A stretch of 63,791 nt of DNA, the filler included, from Phoronis australis (taxonomy: Eukaryota > Animalia > Phoronida), in the NCBI GenBank assembly GCA_002633005.1. It is 7 parts of 7 records of this genome, joined end to end, with 100 filler letters (N's around TTAATTAATTAA, not from the genome) between each part and the next. Parts side by side here need not be neighbours in the genome. Positions count along the whole stretch, not along the records: positions 53,906 to 63,791 come from NMRA01000619.1; 6 more parts are not named here. One strand, given 5' to 3'. Every line of letters begins with the position of its first letter. The stretch's first letter is position 1. This document shows positions 63,181 to 63,791 of this stretch, in pieces. The position numbers and the translations under genes were made by a program. The notes under the pieces were generated by a model that worked only from the letters and a program-made list of their open reading frames with translations, was not told the DNA's origin and searched no databases.

Positions 63181-63322
63181 CAATTGCTATTAGCTGAATG
63201 GTTACCACGCTCACCGGTTTTATGGGGGTCACTGGTTCGATTCCCGGGTCATATAATCTCGGCTATTACTGTAAGTGGCGTAGTCGGCAAACTGATGATC
63301 TACCGATGAAGCACTGCCAACT
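63181..63322 (+). mobile_element. tRNA-derived SINE copy
   Basis: A box TAGCTGAATGG (63191-63201), B box GGTTCGATTCCC (63234-63245); body aligns with the reverse complement of 15198-15341. Confidence 0.7.
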
Positions 63323-63397
63323 ACCCCCGGACCTCGGGACGGCGCGCATGGAAGGTTTCAGGCGTCAAGGATCTGTATGAGAGACTACCTTGTGTTC

Positions 63398-63576
63398 ACC
63401 ACAGGCGTCCTCAGCTTCTGATCGTCCCCAATACACTACATATAATACTACAAGGTATGACACTTCGGACTTGAAATTCCACGGGTGCTTCACTTCAGCC
63501 GTCCATAGCAAACATAAAACTCAATAAATTTGCACAAAGCAGGGGTTCAACAAACCATGAAGAATTGTTCTTTCTC
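63398..63576 (+). repeat. Interspersed repeat shared with 16912-17085
   Basis: High similarity visible by eye over ~170 bp. Confidence 0.85.
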
Positions 63577-63666
63577 CCAATACCATTCACGGTGTCCTGT
63601 TACGGCGACTTCGTAAGAAATTCGCAAAGAACAAAAATGTTCACGAAAAGCCCCCACACACGTTCT

Positions 63667-63790
63667 CCTAGGCCCGTCGAGGTCAAGGACGGTACGGAAA
63701 TTGCCGCTTTGTCGCGTAAAGTCACGATGTCGCTACTTCCGTAACTCACCGGCAATTTCCGTAACCGTCCTTGACCTCGACGGGCCTAGG
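63667..63790. mobile_element. Young ~120-bp MITE with ~40-bp near-perfect TIRs
   Basis: cctaggcccgtcgaggtcaaggacggtacggaaattgccg mirrored by cggcaatttccgtaaccgtccttgacctcgacgggcctagg (one indel); TA or CTAG target. Confidence 0.85.
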
Positions 63791-63791
63791 G

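Noticed and set aside
63184-63255. Functional tRNA gene
   Set aside because: A and B boxes are present but the acceptor and anticodon stems do not pair, and homology continues into a SINE-like body.

Overview
AT-rich, intron-containing, repeat-dense metazoan (invertebrate-like) DNA. It is not one continuous locus: six identical 100-nt spacers (44 N + TTAATTAATTAA + 44 N) and one plain N gap split it into eight pieces, so adjacency across spacers is unproven. The first piece (1-17258) holds the last four coding exons of a type I membrane receptor resembling the VPS10/SorCS-sortilin family (+). Converging on it is a complete three-exon RPL26 coding sequence (-). Three copies of a box C/D snoRNA lie on the RPL26 strand; they are antisense to 18S rRNA helix 18 (SNORD65/snR77-type guide) and share a second invariant element. 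Later pieces contain three METTL3 zinc-finger/linker exons, one or two unassigned exons and two decayed Gypsy retrotransposons. One Gypsy is interrupted by a TTAA-flanked THAP (Kolobok-type) element and an AT-flanked TIR element. Also present are a Penelope-like GIY-YIG relic, a Helentron-type element, a tRNA-derived SINE, many MITEs/fold-backs and minisatellites. No CRISPR or prokaryotic system was found. The strongest lead is the snoRNA triplet with its possible second rRNA-pairing element. All family assignments come from reading motifs, not from database searches.
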